A stretch of DNA of 64,000 nt from Paraspadella gotoi (lineage: Eukaryota; Animalia; Chaetognatha): contig CM119264.1 in assembly GCA_051294375.1 (NCBI GenBank), positions 6,671,238 through 6,735,237 on the forward strand. The letters are read 5' to 3'. The position numbers and the translations under genes were made by a program. Positions 63,001 to 64,000 of the stretch are shown here, piece by piece. How positions within the stretch are numbered: position 1 is the first letter of the stretch; each line of letters begins with the position of its first letter. The notes beneath the pieces were generated by a model. That model searched no databases. It was not told the DNA's origin and saw only the letters and a program-made list of their open reading frames with translations.

Positions 63001-63710
63001 AGAGAGGTAGTAGCGAGATTTTAATATTTTTAGAATAACTTCCACTAAGAATTTGGTTTGTTAACAAACTTTAAATTGTTTGGATATTTGATTAATATGG
63101 TCGTTTTTAGCAAAACAGTTTTAAAAGTAAAGCATCGTGATTTTTTGCTCATACATAATCTGACCGCAGTTTTGTAATTAAATATCAACAGAGGAAGGAA
63201 ACTAGAAACAGGAAATGATTAAGAAAAGAGGATATGGAGAAGAGCAAGAAGATTCTGGAAGGATTTCGTGCAAATCTAAATCTTTAACTTGTTATTACTT
63301 TTCAGAGATAGAGAGAGAAACCATGGTTCCTCCATACTGTGGCCGGTCCGATCTCTTGTCGGACTCCGCGAATCAAACAGCGCAGACCCGTTGCACTCGC
63401 CAAAAACGGATCGAAACCTAAATCCTCGTCTTCATCCTCGCAGACTCTTTCTAGATCCCTTCTGCGGTAAAGAAGGACGGAAAGTTTCATTACAATTTCA
63501 ATAACTCACACAAGCACTGTGAATAGTTAAACAGCACTTCACCAACAAGCACCTTTGTTTTCCTGGGGAATTTGAGGCGGCGGTACCAGTCGTTCTCTTT
63601 AGCTTCTGACTCGTCGGCGGTGTCTTCGACCATGAGGCGGCGAACGGAGCGCGGAGGATTTCGTCGGCCGAGCAGACGGACACGGACGATGTAGAACATG
63701 GAAAGAGTGA
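60004..63710 (-). pseudogene. CNOT4: Inverted, indel-ridden copy of the CNOT4 3' half (probable assembly artefact)
   Basis: Reverse complement of 43154-46806; indel density rises towards the 25-N gap at 63955. Confidence 0.7.
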
Positions 63711-64000
63711 CTGTTCGTTTGAAATAGAAGATGGGAGACGGTTGAATGAGTAACTTGCGAGACAGGATATAGACATATAGACGGAGACTTGGTTGAGGCT
63801 TATTAGACTGATGCTCGTCGACTTCACGATATCATCAGAAATCCAACTGATCCACAGGAACCTTTCTTTATAAGAACTGACCAAATTGACCGACAAAGAG
63901 ACTACGCGGTTCGAAAGGATCGCAGGATCTCGAGGCACTCTCCTTCAACATGGANNNNNNNNNNNNNNNNNNNNNNNNNGCGCGAAATCTCTAGTCATAT

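Larger units (their letters stand above)
55057..63954 (-). repeat. ~8.9-kb inverted duplication of 42933-51775
   Basis: Ends match directly: ctccttcaacatgga (63954) vs tccatgttgaggagag (42933); aaaattagttttaagtcaaagg (~55066) vs cctttgacttaaaactaatttt (~51744). Confidence 0.95.

Noticed and set aside
56105-63710. Genuine Wnt1 and CNOT4 paralogues
   Set aside because: Introns as similar as exons, indel-dominated differences and truncation at gaps point to an assembly fold-back.

Overview
Eukaryotic (bilaterian invertebrate-like) draft-assembly window with GC-rich spliced exons in AT-rich, (GA/CT)n-rich introns. Four genes could be reconstructed by hand. (1) A minus-strand multi-exon secreted/cell-surface protein with about 4 Ig-like domains (29839->5057; one internal exon and the 3' end not found). 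(2) An intronless, AT-rich divergent tetraspanin (34197-35351). (3) A complete multi-exon CNOT4/Not4 E3 ligase (38759-46806). (4) The three 3' exons of Wnt1/wingless, convergent with CNOT4 (50711->49173). The last ~11 kb is a fold-back copy of 42.9-53 kb, and there are smaller duplications at 1.6/3.0 kb and 4.7/5.6 kb. All of them abut exactly-25-N gaps and are indel-rich, so they are most likely long-read gap-filling or chimera artefacts. Non-genic signals include a small family of minimal type-I hammerhead ribozymes of the Penelope/retrozyme type (one apparently intact, one inside an inverted repeat), a tRNA-derived SINE family whose two full copies bracket the tetraspanin, a solo-LTR-like insertion with a TSD nested in another repeat, and Helentron/HINE-like MITEs. 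Most ORFs in the supplied track are microsatellite read-through. No prokaryotic or CRISPR system is present.
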